Source of the DNA: Polyangiales bacterium
GTDB lineage: Bacteria > Myxococcota_A > Polyangia > Polyangiales > Ga0077539
Assembly (NCBI GenBank): GCA_044229975.1
Contig: JBGARZ010000005.1
Location: 1-64,000 of the forward strand
Length of the DNA stretch: 64,000 nucleotides
Direction of reading: 5' to 3'
The notes beneath the pieces were generated by a model. That model saw only the letters and a program-made list of their open reading frames with translations. It did no database searches and was not told the origin of the DNA. Shown piece by piece: positions 1 to 10,260 of the stretch. Each line of letters starts with the position of its first letter. Position 1 is the stretch's first letter. Made by a program: the position numbers and the translations under genes.

Positions 1-37
1 GCCCTCACCCCAGGCAATAACAGGCTGGGGTGAGGGC
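1..37. terminator. 13-bp hairpin (terminator or REP-like) downstream of the RND transporter
   Basis: GCCCTCACCCCAG (1-13) pairs perfectly with CTGGGGTGAGGGC (25-37); 55 bp past the mdtB stop codon. Confidence 0.5.
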
Positions 38-92
38 CAACGCCCGAACCCCAGCGACGCCAGACGGACCAGAGCGTCTTCCCAAACGCCCT

Positions 93-3000
93 TCACGCCT
101 TCCCCCGCCACGGCCTGCTCGCGACCCAGGCGCGGCCGCGCTCCATGTAGAGGTAGATCACCGGCGTCGTGAACAGCGTCAGCAGCTGCGACACCAGCAG
201 CCCCCCGACGATCGCCACGCCCAGCGGCCGGCGCAGCTCCGACCCCGTGCCGTGCCCGAGCGCCAGCGGCAGCGCGCCCAGCAGCGCCGCCAGCGTCGTC
301 ATCATGATGGGCCGGAAGCGCAGCAGGCTCGCCTTGTGGATCGCCTCCTGCGGCGAGAGGTGCTCCTCGCGCTCCGCCTCCAGGGCGAAGTCGATCATCA
401 TGATGGCGTTCTTCTTCACGATGCCGATGAGGAGGACGACGCCGATGAGGGCGATGACGCTGAAGTCTGTTCCCGTCACGAGCAGCGCCGCGAAGGCACC
501 AACCCCCGCCGATGGCAGCGTCGACAGGATGGTGATCGGGTGGATGAAGCTCTCGTAGAGCACACCGAGCACGATGTAGACGGCGATGAGCGCCGCGAGA
601 ATCAGCACCCCCTGGCTCGCCAGCGACTCCTGAAACGCCTGCGCCGCGCCCTGGAACTGCGCGCGGATCCCCGACGGCATCCCGATGCGCCGCTCGGCCG
701 CGTGGATGGCCTCCACCGCGTCGCCCAGCGACTCGCCCGGCGCCAGGTTGAACGACAGCGTCACCACCGGAAACTGCCCCTGGTGCATCACCGCGAGCCG
801 CGAAGGCCGCTCTTCGAACTGGCAAAACGCCGACAGCGGAACCATCCCCCCGTCCTGCGCCCGCACGTACAACCGCTCCAGCGCGCGGGCGTCTCGCTGG
901 TGCTCCGGGGTGAGCTCCAGAATCACCCGGTACTGGTTGAGCTGCGTGAAGATGAGCGACGCCTGCCGCTGCCCGAAGGCGTCGTAGAGCGTGTCGTCGA
1001 TGGCCTGCGCCGTAACTCCCAGGCGCGACGCCGTGTCGCGGTCGACGGTCACCGCGAGCTGGAGCCCGGTGCCCGTCATGTCGCTCGTGAGGTCACGCAG
1101 TCCGGGTAGCGCGGCCATGATGCGCGGGGTCCACTCGGCGAGCTCATCCGGGTCGGAGTCTTCGAGGGTGTACTGGTATTGCGTTCGAGCGGTGCGGGTG
1201 TCGACCTGGAGGTCTTGCACCGCCTGGAGGTAGACGGTCATGCCCTCGACGCGCGAGAGGCGTCTCTGGAGCCGGGCGATGATGGTCTCCACGTCGGCGT
1301 TGCGGTGTTCGCGCGGTTTGAGCGTGATGGAGAGGCGACCGTTGCTCGTCGTCGCGTTGGTCCCGTCGGCGCCGATGAACGACACCACGCTGGCCACGTC
1401 GGGGTCGGTCCGCACCGCGTCGGCGACGGCCTGCTGGCGCTCGGACATGCGCTCGAAGGACGCGTCGGAGGCGCCCTCGGTGACGCCCACGATGAGCCCG
1501 GTGTCCTGCTGCGGGAAGAACCCTTTGGGCACCACCACCGCGAGCGCCGCCGTGAGCCCCACCGTCGCGAGCGCGATGACCATGGTCGTGCGCTGGTGGG
1601 CGAGCACCCAGATGAGCCCGCGGTCGTACGCGTGGAGCACGGCGTCCCACCCGCGCTCCGACACCCGGTAGAACCACCCGCGCTGCTCGGGCGGAGGTTC
1701 GGGCTTGAGCAGGTAGGCCGCCATCATCGGCGTGAGCGTGAGGGACAGCACCGCCGACACCGCGATGGCCGCCGCGAGCGTCACCGCGAACTCACGAAAC
1801 AGCCGCCCGATGATGCCGCCCATGAAGAGCAGCGGGATGAGCACCGCCACCAGCGACACGGTCAGCGACACGATGGTGAAGCCGATCTGCCTGGCGCCCT
1901 TGAGCGCGGCCTCGAAGGGCTCTTCCCCTTCCTCGATGTAGCGGGCGATGTTCTCGGTGACGACGATGGCATCGTCCACGACGAAGCCCGTCGAGATGGT
2001 GAGGGCCATCAGCGTCAGGTTGTTGAGGCTGTACCCGAGCGCGTACATCACCCCGAAGGTGCCGACGAGCGACAGCGGAACCGCCACCCCCGGGATCACC
2101 GTCGCCCTGAAATTCCTCAGGAACGCGAAGATCACCAGCACCACCAGCCCGATGGTGAGCACCAGCGTGAACTCCACGTCCTCCACCGACGCGCGGATGG
2201 TCTCGGTGCGGTCGCTGACGATGGCCACCTCGACGCCCTGCGGGAGCGCGGCCCTCAGGCGAGGGAGCATCTCCTTGATGCGATCGGTGACGTCGATGAT
2301 GTTGGCGCCGGGCTGGCGCTGCACGTTGAGGATGATCGCGCGCTGCCCGTTGGCCCAGCCCGCGAGCTGGGCGTTCTCCGCGGCGTTTTCGACGTTGGCG
2401 ACCTCGCGCAGCCGGATGGGTGCGCCCTCGCGATAGGCCAGCACGATGGAGCGGAAGCCCTCCGCGTCGGTGATCTGGTCGTTGGTGGCGAGGGTGTAGT
2501 TCTGCGCCGGGCCGTCGATGTTGCCGGCGGGCTGGTGCACGTTGGCGACGGCGATGGCCGAGCGGACGTCCTCCAGCGTGAGCCCCGTCCCGGCGAGCGC
2601 GGCCGGGTCGACCTGCACGCGCACGGCGGGCTTCTGACGGCCGTTGAGCGTGACGAGGCCGACGCCGACGACCTGCGAGATCTTCTGCGCGAGGATGGAG
2701 TCGGCCTGGTCGTCGACCTGCGTGAGCGGGAGCGAGCGCGACGACACCGCGAGCGTGAGCACCGGCGTGTCGGCGGGGTTGCTGCGGCTGTACGTGGGTG
2801 GCGAAGGGAGCGTGCGCGGGAGCAGGCTCGACGCGGCGTTGATGGCCGCCTGGACGTCCTGCTCGGCAGCCGAGATGGGTCGGTCGAGGCTGAATTGCAG
2901 GGTGATCTGCGACGTCCCGAAGCTGCTCATGGACGTCATCTGCGTGAGGCCGGGCATCTGGCCGAGCTGACGTTCGAGGGCGCTGGTGACCGACGAGGTC

Positions 3001-3179
3001 ATGGTCTCGGCGCTCGCTCCGGGGAGCGACGTGGAGACGACGATGGTGGGGAAGTCGACCTGCGGCAGCGGCGCGACCGGGAGCTCCCGAAACGCCACGA
3101 GGCCCGCGAGGAGCAGGCCCACCATCAGCAGCGAGGTCGCCACCGGCCGCCGGATGAACGGCTCCGAGATGCTGCTCAC
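93..3179 (-). CDS. mdtB: RND multidrug efflux permease, MdtB/MuxB-like
   Basis: 1028 aa; N-terminal FIRRPVATSLL and PLPQVDFPTI; GFVVDDAIVV, GIVKKNAIMMIDFA and LRFRPIMMTT motifs of the AcrB/MdtB family. Confidence 0.93.
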   Translation of the reverse strand: MSSISEPFIRRPVATSLLMVGLLLAGLVAFRELPVAPLPQVDFPTIVVSTSLPGASAETMTSSVTSALERQLGQMPGLTQMTSMSSFGTSQITLQFSLDRPISAAEQDVQAAINAASSLLPRTLPSPPTYSRSNPADTPVLTLAVSSRSLPLTQVDDQADSILAQKISQVVGVGLVTLNGRQKPAVRVQVDPAALAGTGLTLEDVRSAIAVANVHQPAGNIDGPAQNYTLATNDQITDAEGFRSIVLAYREGAPIRLREVANVENAAENAQLAGWANGQRAIILNVQRQPGANIIDVTDRIKEMLPRLRAALPQGVEVAIVSDRTETIRASVEDVEFTLVLTIGLVVLVIFAFLRNFRATVIPGVAVPLSLVGTFGVMYALGYSLNNLTLMALTISTGFVVDDAIVVTENIARYIEEGEEPFEAALKGARQIGFTIVSLTVSLVAVLIPLLFMGGIIGRLFREFAVTLAAAIAVSAVLSLTLTPMMAAYLLKPEPPPEQRGWFYRVSERGWDAVLHAYDRGLIWVLAHQRTTMVIALATVGLTAALAVVVPKGFFPQQDTGLIVGVTEGASDASFERMSERQQAVADAVRTDPDVASVVSFIGADGTNATTSNGRLSITLKPREHRNADVETIIARLQRRLSRVEGMTVYLQAVQDLQVDTRTARTQYQYTLEDSDPDELAEWTPRIMAALPGLRDLTSDMTGTGLQLAVTVDRDTASRLGVTAQAIDDTLYDAFGQRQASLIFTQLNQYRVILELTPEHQRDARALERLYVRAQDGGMVPLSAFCQFEERPSRLAVMHQGQFPVVTLSFNLAPGESLGDAVEAIHAAERRIGMPSGIRAQFQGAAQAFQESLASQGVLILAALIAVYIVLGVLYESFIHPITILSTLPSAGVGAFAALLVTGTDFSVIALIGVVLLIGIVKKNAIMMIDFALEAEREEHLSPQEAIHKASLLRFRPIMMTTLAALLGALPLALGHGTGSELRRPLGVAIVGGLLVSQLLTLFTTPVIYLYMERGRAWVASRPWRGKA

Positions 3180-4444
3180 GGCGCTGGCGCCCCGGCCCCT
3201 CGCACGCCCCCGTCTCCCTGCCTGCGACCGCCTCGGCGACCGCCTCGGCGACCGACACCGCCGTCACCGCCGCGACCGCCACCCGCTCCGTCGCCCGACG
3301 CGCCGACCGCGCGCGGCTGCACCCTCGCCCCGGCGCGCAGCCTCCCCTGGCCCTCGGTGACCACGCGATCGCCCGCGCCGAGACCCTCGGCGATGATGGC
3401 CTGCTGCCCCTCGATGCGCGCCACGCGGATGGGCCGCATGGACACCCGCTGGTCGGCCGAGATGAGGTACGCGAAGGTGCCTTGCGGGCCGCGCTGCACC
3501 GCCGCAGCGGGCACCACCAGGGCGCCGCGCAGCGTCATCAGCAACAGCCGCGTCTTCACGAACTGGTCGGGCCACAGCGCCCGCTCGGGGTTCGGAAACA
3601 CCGCCTTCAAGCGCAGCGTGGCCGTCGCCTGGTTGATCTGGTTGTCGATGACCGCGAGCTGCCCCACGCCGAGGCGCGTCTCGCCATCGCGACTGAACAC
3701 CTCCACCGGCAGCGCCCCGCGCGCCATCTGCGCGGCGATGCGCGGGAGCTCGTCCTGCGGGAGCGTGAAGAGCACGGCGATGGGGTCGATCTGGCGCACC
3801 ACCACGATGCCGTTGGTGTCCGTCGGGCGGACGACGTTGCCCACGTCGACCTGCCGCAACCCGGTGACGCCATCGATGGGCGACGTGATGCGCGCGTAGT
3901 CGAGGTTGAGCCGCGCGGCCGCGATGGACGCCTCGTCGGCGCGCACGCCGGCCTGCGCCTGATCGGCGAGGCCCTGGGCGGTGTCGACGTCCTGGCGGGC
4001 GTTGAGGTTCTGCGCGAAGAGGGCGCGGTTGCGGTCGAGGGTGACGCGGTTGGACGAAGCGAGCGCGCGGTCACGCGCCGCCACGGCCTCGGCCTGCCTG
4101 AGCTGGATCTGAAACGGCCGCGGATCGATTTGCGCGAGCACATCGCCGCGGTGGACGGTCTGCCCCTCCTCGAAGCGCACGGCGTCGAGGCGCCCTTCGA
4201 CGCGAGGCCGGATGGTGACCGTGTTGTAGGCCGTGACGGTGCCGAGACCCTCCAGGTAGATGGGGACGTCGCGCACCTCGACCGTCGCGACGAGCACCGG
4301 GACGGGGCGATCTTGCGACGCCGCGCCGTCACGCGCGGAAGCATTGCCGCGCTGCTGGGCCGACGCACGAAAGCGCAGCGCCAGCACCAGCCCGACGAGG
4401 GCGAGCACCCCAAGGAGAACGACGCCCCAACGCCGTCTTGGCAT
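3176..4444 (-). CDS. mdtA: RND efflux periplasmic adaptor, MdtA/MuxA-like
   Basis: GLGTVTAYNTVTIRPRVEG, ITSPIDGVTGLRQVDVGN and DNQINQATAT motifs; stop overlaps the start of mdtB. Confidence 0.9.
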   Translation of the reverse strand: MPRRRWGVVLLGVLALVGLVLALRFRASAQQRGNASARDGAASQDRPVPVLVATVEVRDVPIYLEGLGTVTAYNTVTIRPRVEGRLDAVRFEEGQTVHRGDVLAQIDPRPFQIQLRQAEAVAARDRALASSNRVTLDRNRALFAQNLNARQDVDTAQGLADQAQAGVRADEASIAAARLNLDYARITSPIDGVTGLRQVDVGNVVRPTDTNGIVVVRQIDPIAVLFTLPQDELPRIAAQMARGALPVEVFSRDGETRLGVGQLAVIDNQINQATATLRLKAVFPNPERALWPDQFVKTRLLLMTLRGALVVPAAAVQRGPQGTFAYLISADQRVSMRPIRVARIEGQQAIIAEGLGAGDRVVTEGQGRLRAGARVQPRAVGASGDGAGGGRGGDGGVGRRGGRRGGRRQGDGGVRGAGAPAP

Positions 4445-4644
4445 ACGCTAGGCGGGCCTCGTGGGGACGTTCAGTGAGGCAGGATGCGGCAGCGGAAGGG
4501 GTGGTGGTCGGTGCATGAAAGCGCTTTCCTCAAAGGCGTTTCTGGCACCAACCCCCTCGCGCCGCCAGAGGGTACCGACGATGTTTCGTCGCGGTCGGTG
4601 ACGGGGCGTCGGCTGCGGGTTCGATGGTATCCCTGCGGCCGACC

Positions 4645-5340
4645 ATGAGCCGCACCCTCGATGTCTTTACCTCCACCATGGCGAGCGTCGCACGCTTCGG
4701 CCACGGCTGGACCGTCGCCCACACCGGCCCTCGCCCCGAGAAGCTGCTGGAGCTGTACGAGTTCGAGGCGTGCCCCTTCTGCCGCAAGGTGCGCGAGATG
4801 CTCTCGGTGCTCGACCTCGACGCGAGGATCTTCCCCTGCCCCGCCGGCGGGACGCGCTTCCGACCGACGGCGAAGGAGCTCGGTGGTCGCTCGATGTTTC
4901 CGTACCTCGTCGACCCCAACACGGGCACAGCGCTCTACGAGAGCGACGACATCAACCGCTACCTCGCGAAGACCTACGGTGATGGGACGGTTCCGCTGCC
5001 GTTGCGGTTGGGGCCGCTGACGGTGTTGAGCTCGTCGCTCGCGTCGGGTTGGCGGGCGACGCGGGGCCGTCGCGCGCGACCGGGCCGGGCGCCCGAGCAG
5101 CCATTGGAGCTGTACAGCTTCGAGGTGTCGCCCTACTCGCGGCTGGCGCGCGAGGCGCTGTGCGAGCTGGAGATTCCGTACGTGCTGCGCAACGTGGCGA
5201 AGAAGTCGCCGAAGCGCGAAGCCTTCAAGGCGATGAGCGGGAAGATGATGGTGCCGTACCTCGTCGACCCCAACACCGGGACGTCGATGTTCGAGTCGGC
5301 GGAGATCATGGCGTACCTAAACCGAACCTACGGCGCCTGA
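4645..5340 (+). CDS. Glutathione S-transferase N-terminal (thioredoxin-fold) tandem-domain protein
   Basis: Two repeated domains, LELYEFEACPFC...PYLVDPNTG and LELYSFEVSPYS...PYLVDPNTG. Confidence 0.85.
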   Translation: MSRTLDVFTSTMASVARFGHGWTVAHTGPRPEKLLELYEFEACPFCRKVREMLSVLDLDARIFPCPAGGTRFRPTAKELGGRSMFPYLVDPNTGTALYESDDINRYLAKTYGDGTVPLPLRLGPLTVLSSSLASGWRATRGRRARPGRAPEQPLELYSFEVSPYSRLAREALCELEIPYVLRNVAKKSPKREAFKAMSGKMMVPYLVDPNTGTSMFESAEIMAYLNRTYGA

Positions 5341-5341
5341 G

Positions 5342-6670
5342 ATGACCATCTCGTTCGCCGACGTTCGCGCCCGCGTGCTCTCGCAGAAGGAGCGGCTCCC
5401 CTCGCTCTACGGCGGCTTCGACTTCGACGCGCTGCCCGAGCGCTACACCGACGACGCCTCGTTGTCGGACCTCCACAACAGCCCCTTCGCGGGCGTTGCG
5501 GTGCGCGACGAGGACCGTGAGCTCGTGCGCCACTACACGATGCTCGGCGACGTGGTGGCCGACGCCTACGCCGCCCTCCTGCCGCGGTACGGGTTCGGTC
5601 GCCTCGTCGAGATGCTGGTCACCGCGTGCGCGCGCGGCGTCGAGGCGGTGAGCGACGCGCCGCCCGAGCTCGCGGCGTTCATCGGTGCGATGGAGGCGAC
5701 GCCCGCGTGGGTCGACATGGAGCTCGTGCGCGAAGGAGCCCGGCTGATGCTCAACGACGCCGCCAACATCGCGCCGCTGGCGATCCGTGGGGCGTTTCTC
5801 GCGACATTTCTCAACAAGTACTCGGCGCTGCCGATGGCGCTCACGGGTGCGCTCGGACATGCCTCGGCGGCGCGGCGGGTCAACGAGACCGCGACCTTCT
5901 TCGCCGTCACCACGCTGCCCGGCGCGCTGGAACGTCACGGCGAAGGCTTCAAGGCCGCCGCGATGGTTCGCCTCATGCACTCGATGGTGCGCGTCAACGC
6001 GATCCGCTCGGGGCGCTGGGATCGCGCGGTCTACGGCGTCCCGATCCCCCAGGTCGACCAGATGCCGGCCGGGTTGATGTGGGTGTTCTTGCGGGCCTTC
6101 CAGATGCGCCGCGAGGGCCGCGAACACTTCACGAAGACGGAGCGCGCGCAGGTCGAGTTCGCACGCTACCGCTGCTTCCTGCTGGGCCTGCCCGAAGACC
6201 TGCTCGCCGACACGCCCGACGGGGTTGTTCGTCTGATGATCGCGCGGGGCGCGACGCTGCGCTCGGGCTTCGACGACGCCACCTGCGGGGCGCTCATCCG
6301 CGCGACCCTGTCGGCCTACCTGCCGCCCGACAAGTCACTGCGGTACCGGGCCTTCGACGCGGTCGAGCGGCGCTTCTCGACGGGCTTCTTCGTGCAGTAC
6401 TTCCTCATGGGGGATGTCGCGCGCGCCACCGCGATGGGCATCGAGCTCTCCAGCGTGGACCGCGTGGTGTTCATGGCGCTCGCGCCGTGGCTCATGGGCC
6501 GGATGGCCTTCTACGACGCGGTCCGCCGCATCCCTGGCCTGAGCGGCCCCGTCGACGATCTGTTGGTGCGAAGGATTCACGGACTGCTGGCGCGGTATGG
6601 GCACGCGGAGTTCGTGAGCAACGCGACGCAGTACCGGCCCACCACGCACGCGGCGGCAGCTCCGGCCTGA
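5342..6670 (+). CDS. MpaB/Lcp-like (DUF2236) heme oxygenase-family protein
   Basis: PAWVD, RRVNETATF, VRLMHSMVR and WD...YGVPIPQVDQ motifs; starts 1 nt after the upstream stop. Confidence 0.75.
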   Translation: MTISFADVRARVLSQKERLPSLYGGFDFDALPERYTDDASLSDLHNSPFAGVAVRDEDRELVRHYTMLGDVVADAYAALLPRYGFGRLVEMLVTACARGVEAVSDAPPELAAFIGAMEATPAWVDMELVREGARLMLNDAANIAPLAIRGAFLATFLNKYSALPMALTGALGHASAARRVNETATFFAVTTLPGALERHGEGFKAAAMVRLMHSMVRVNAIRSGRWDRAVYGVPIPQVDQMPAGLMWVFLRAFQMRREGREHFTKTERAQVEFARYRCFLLGLPEDLLADTPDGVVRLMIARGATLRSGFDDATCGALIRATLSAYLPPDKSLRYRAFDAVERRFSTGFFVQYFLMGDVARATAMGIELSSVDRVVFMALAPWLMGRMAFYDAVRRIPGLSGPVDDLLVRRIHGLLARYGHAEFVSNATQYRPTTHAAAAPA

Positions 6671-6696
6671 AGCGCATCTCCGCGGCCTTCAGGCCG
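6663..6696. terminator. 10-bp hairpin between convergent genes
   Basis: CGGCCTGAAG / CTTCAGGCCG inverted repeat at the stop of the oxygenase gene. Confidence 0.4.
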
Positions 6697-6733
6697 CGGA
6701 GTCAGGTGCGACCGATGCGCCCTCGCCCCCGCC

Positions 6734-8173
6734 CTACCGCTCGCGCACGCAGTGCCGCGCGAGCACGTCGGCCACCGTCGCCGTCAGCCGCTTGCAGGTC
6801 GGGATGTGCAGGTACTCGTTGGGGCCGTGCGCGTTGCTCCCCGGGCCGAGCACGCCCGTGATGAGAAACTGCGCCGCGGGAAACTTCTCCCCCAGCATCC
6901 CCATGAAGGGAATCGTTCCGCCCTCGCCCATGCTCATCGCGGGCGCTCCGAAGAACGTCTGGCTCGCGGCCTCGATGGACGACTCCAGCCACTTCGCAAA
7001 CGGCGGAGCGTCCCAACCCGGACCGCCCTTCTCCGCCTCGAAGCTCACCTTCGCCCCGTACGGCGGATCACTCTCCAGCGCCGTCTTCACCGCCGCCGTC
7101 GCCTTCGCCGGATCAACCCCCGGCGGCAGCCGCACCGACAGCTTGAAGCTCGTGTACGGACGCAACACGTTGCCCGCGTTTTGCAGCGTCGGAAAGCCCT
7201 CGACGCCCGTCACCGAGAGCGTCGGTCGCCACGTCCGGTTGAGCACCCGATCGGCCCCCGTCTCGCCCATCGGGCGCATCCCCTCGACGAAGGGAAACTT
7301 CCCCCACACGACCTCGCCCAGCGCCGCCGCGGCGGCCTCGGCCTGCGCCTGCCGCGCCGACGGAATGGGCACGTGCAGCGCGTCCAGCTTGATGCGACCC
7401 GTCGACTCGTCCTCGATGCGCGAGAGCAACTGGCGCATCACGCGGAAGCTCGACGCGACCACACCGCTCGCATCGCCCGAGTGAACGCCCTCGCGCAGCA
7501 CGTCGACGCGGAGCGTTCCGCCGAGCAGGCCGCGGAGCGATGTGGTGATCCAGAGCTGGTCGTAGCTGGCGCAGCCGGAGTCGAGGCACACCACGAGCGA
7601 TGGTGATCCGATGCGGGCGGCGAGGTGATCGATGTACGCCGGGAGGTCGGTGCTGCCGCTCTCCTCGTCGGCCTCGATGAGCACCACGCAGCGAGCGTGC
7701 GGGAGACCCTGCTCGTGCAGCAGACGGATGGCCGTGAGCGACGCGAAGGTCGCGTAGCCATCGTCCGCGCCGCCGCGCCCGTAGAGGCGATCGCCTTCGC
7801 GCACGGGCGTCCACGGAGAGAGGCCGTCGCGCCAGCCGGTCATCTCGGGCTGCTTGTCGAGGTGACCATAGAGCAGGACGGTGTCGCCCTCCGCGCCGCC
7901 CGTCGCCGGGATCTCCATGAAGATGACGGGCGTGCGCTCTTCGCCGCGCTCGTTCTTCAGGCGAACGACCTCCACCGTGAGCCCGGGGATCTTCTGCGCG
8001 CGGGACCATCCTTCGAGGAGGGCGACGGCGCGGTCCATGTGGCCGTGGGCCTTCCACTGGGCGTCGTACGCGGGCGACTTGTTGGGGATGAGGATGTAGT
8101 CGTGGAGGACCGGGAGGATGTCGGTCTCCCAGGTGTGTTCGCAGGTCGCGCGGGCAACGTCGGGCTTCAGCAT
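6734..8173 (-). CDS. M20/M25/M40 family metallopeptidase (dipeptidase-like)
   Basis: YGHLDKQP, YGRGGADDG, EADEESGS, GGTIP and NAHGPNE motifs. Confidence 0.92.
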   Translation of the reverse strand: MLKPDVARATCEHTWETDILPVLHDYILIPNKSPAYDAQWKAHGHMDRAVALLEGWSRAQKIPGLTVEVVRLKNERGEERTPVIFMEIPATGGAEGDTVLLYGHLDKQPEMTGWRDGLSPWTPVREGDRLYGRGGADDGYATFASLTAIRLLHEQGLPHARCVVLIEADEESGSTDLPAYIDHLAARIGSPSLVVCLDSGCASYDQLWITTSLRGLLGGTLRVDVLREGVHSGDASGVVASSFRVMRQLLSRIEDESTGRIKLDALHVPIPSARQAQAEAAAAALGEVVWGKFPFVEGMRPMGETGADRVLNRTWRPTLSVTGVEGFPTLQNAGNVLRPYTSFKLSVRLPPGVDPAKATAAVKTALESDPPYGAKVSFEAEKGGPGWDAPPFAKWLESSIEAASQTFFGAPAMSMGEGGTIPFMGMLGEKFPAAQFLITGVLGPGSNAHGPNEYLHIPTCKRLTATVADVLARHCVRER

Positions 8174-8265
8174 CGTGGGCGGTCTCCGGGTGCGAATGGG
8201 GGCCGCGACGCTATCACGGGTGCCGCACGGCGCTCCGCCCGACCATCGGCTACGCTCGCGTCACC

Positions 8266-9414
8266 ATGGGTGACTACCGCGACGAACGGGAGGCCGCGCT
8301 CAAGCGCGCCGAGAACCTCGCGCAGGAGAACGCGCAGCTCCACCGTGAGCTCGACGCCCTGCGCGGAGGCAACACCAGCGCATACGTGGCGAAGCCCGTG
8401 CGAGCGACGAGCAGGGTCCCGATGGTGATCGCACTGGCCCTCGGCGCGGTCGTGGTGATGGGCGCGGTCAGCGGCTTCTTCTTCGCGGTGCGATCGGGGG
8501 GCGTGGCCCCGCAGGCGGAGACGCTCACGCTGCGCGGCGAGTGGTCGCCGCCCGCAGTGGTTGCCACAGGGGCGCTGCGAGGCGCGGTGCGCGCGGGCGC
8601 CGGAACCTGGGCCGTCGGCGACCGCGGAACCATCATGTACCGCAGCGAGAGCAGTGGTCCGTGGACAGGCATATCGAGCGGAACCGACGTCAACCTCCGC
8701 GCCATCGCATCAAGCGTCGCGCTCATCGCGGTGGGCGACCGCGGCGTCGCGCTTCAGTTCGCCACGAGCGAGCGGCGATGGTTCACGGAGCCGACCGGGG
8801 TCACCTCCGACCTCCACGCGATCTACGCCTCCGGCGAAGAGATCTTCGTCGCGGGATCGGGAGGCACCGTGCTGCGACGCGACCGCTCCGGCGTGTGGAC
8901 GCGGTTCACGTCGGGCTTCTCGGACGACCTGTACGGCATCGTGGTGTCGCCGACGTCGCACGTGGTCACGGCCGTCGGCGCCAACGGCATGATCTTGAGC
9001 GGTGCCGCCTCCGGCAGTGTGCTCACTCGGCAGGCGTCTGCCGTCGCCACGACCCTCCGCGCCGTCGCGGAGTGGAACGGCAGCCTCCTCGCCGTCGGCG
9101 ACGGCGGCATGATCGTCGCCACCTCCGACCGCTCTCCGTGGGTCGTCGTGGACAGCGGCATCGCCTCCGATCTCTTCGTCGTCGGCACCGCGGAGATCTC
9201 CTATGAGGAGCGCCGCGCGAACTTCTCCAGCTCCGGCTCGGGCACCGGCTTCGTCGCCGCGGGCGCGGGCGGAACCGTCCTCGTCGAGCGCCTCGGGTCG
9301 ACGGTGGGCTGGCGCTCCGTGCGCAGCGGCGGCGCGGCCATCCGCGCGATGACCGCCGACCCGTGGACCTTCTTCACCGAGGGCGGAACGTCCATCGAGT
9401 TCACCGCGCGCTGA
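8266..9414 (+). CDS. Membrane-anchored YCF48/WD40-like beta-propeller protein
   Basis: N-terminal coiled coil, one TM helix, repeated AVGDxGxI...W...SG...DL blades. Confidence 0.7.
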   Translation: MGDYRDEREAALKRAENLAQENAQLHRELDALRGGNTSAYVAKPVRATSRVPMVIALALGAVVVMGAVSGFFFAVRSGGVAPQAETLTLRGEWSPPAVVATGALRGAVRAGAGTWAVGDRGTIMYRSESSGPWTGISSGTDVNLRAIASSVALIAVGDRGVALQFATSERRWFTEPTGVTSDLHAIYASGEEIFVAGSGGTVLRRDRSGVWTRFTSGFSDDLYGIVVSPTSHVVTAVGANGMILSGAASGSVLTRQASAVATTLRAVAEWNGSLLAVGDGGMIVATSDRSPWVVVDSGIASDLFVVGTAEISYEERRANFSSSGSGTGFVAAGAGGTVLVERLGSTVGWRSVRSGGAAIRAMTADPWTFFTEGGTSIEFTAR

Positions 9415-9448
9415 CGAACCCGCGACGACGGGGCTGCATCGTGGCCAC

Positions 9449-10111
9449 CTACCGGCTGCGCTGGACGACGCCCTTCAGGATCGCCAGCACCAACGCCGAC
9501 TCGAACCGACCCTCGTACTCGCGCGAGACGGTGAGGTCGAGCGTCAGGCGCGGCGGGTCGTTCGACGGCGCGGCCAGACGCCCGCGTAGGAAGGTCCACG
9601 TGTCGGCGACGGTGAAGCAACCAAACACCTCCGCGGGCACACCGCGGCTGACGCGTTGCAACCCGACGGCGAGCATCGACCCCACGCACTGAGCCATCGG
9701 GTCTTGCGCATCGACGCCGCGCTTCGCCTCGATCACGAGCAGATAGGGCTCGGCCGGCAGTCCCGCCTCGTCGAGCGCGAGCGCCCCGTCGACGACCCCG
9801 CGCAGCTCCAAGTCACCCGGCGCCCAGCGCGCGAGCAGCGGCGCTTGCGCCCACGCGATGATGTCCTCGGACTCCGCCAGCATGAGCAGGGGGTAGATGG
9901 CACGAGACCACAGCGTGGCCTCGTTGGCGCGCGTCGAGTGGAAGCGCTTGAGCCGCTCCGCGTTGGACGCCAACGTGACGCGATCGGACTCGGTGATGGG
10001 CGTCTGCTCCAGGGCGCTCCACAGCGCCTCGTCCCGAGAGCGCGTCAACGTGTGACCCGTCTCCTGCCCAAACAGCTCAAGTGAAAAGCTGGACAGGGAG
10101 ATCGTTTGCAT
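9449..10111 (-). CDS. Hypothetical protein with a PD-(D/E)xK restriction-endonuclease-like motif
   Basis: GVVDG...LLVIEAKRG...AQCVGSM...FGCFTVADTWTF pattern; start placed at MQTISL. Confidence 0.55.
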   Translation of the reverse strand: MQTISLSSFSLELFGQETGHTLTRSRDEALWSALEQTPITESDRVTLASNAERLKRFHSTRANEATLWSRAIYPLLMLAESEDIIAWAQAPLLARWAPGDLELRGVVDGALALDEAGLPAEPYLLVIEAKRGVDAQDPMAQCVGSMLAVGLQRVSRGVPAEVFGCFTVADTWTFLRGRLAAPSNDPPRLTLDLTVSREYEGRFESALVLAILKGVVQRSR

Positions 10112-10260
10112 CGCCGCGCGAGGGTACGCGCACGCCGGGATGGTCACAACCACGCAGGCCGCAGGGCGTCGGAGGTGCATGGTCGGCGACGGTCACAGAG
10201 CCGTCGCACGCAGGGCATCGGGCGCCCACCGCGGCACGCTTGCTGTACAGGCGACCCGCG

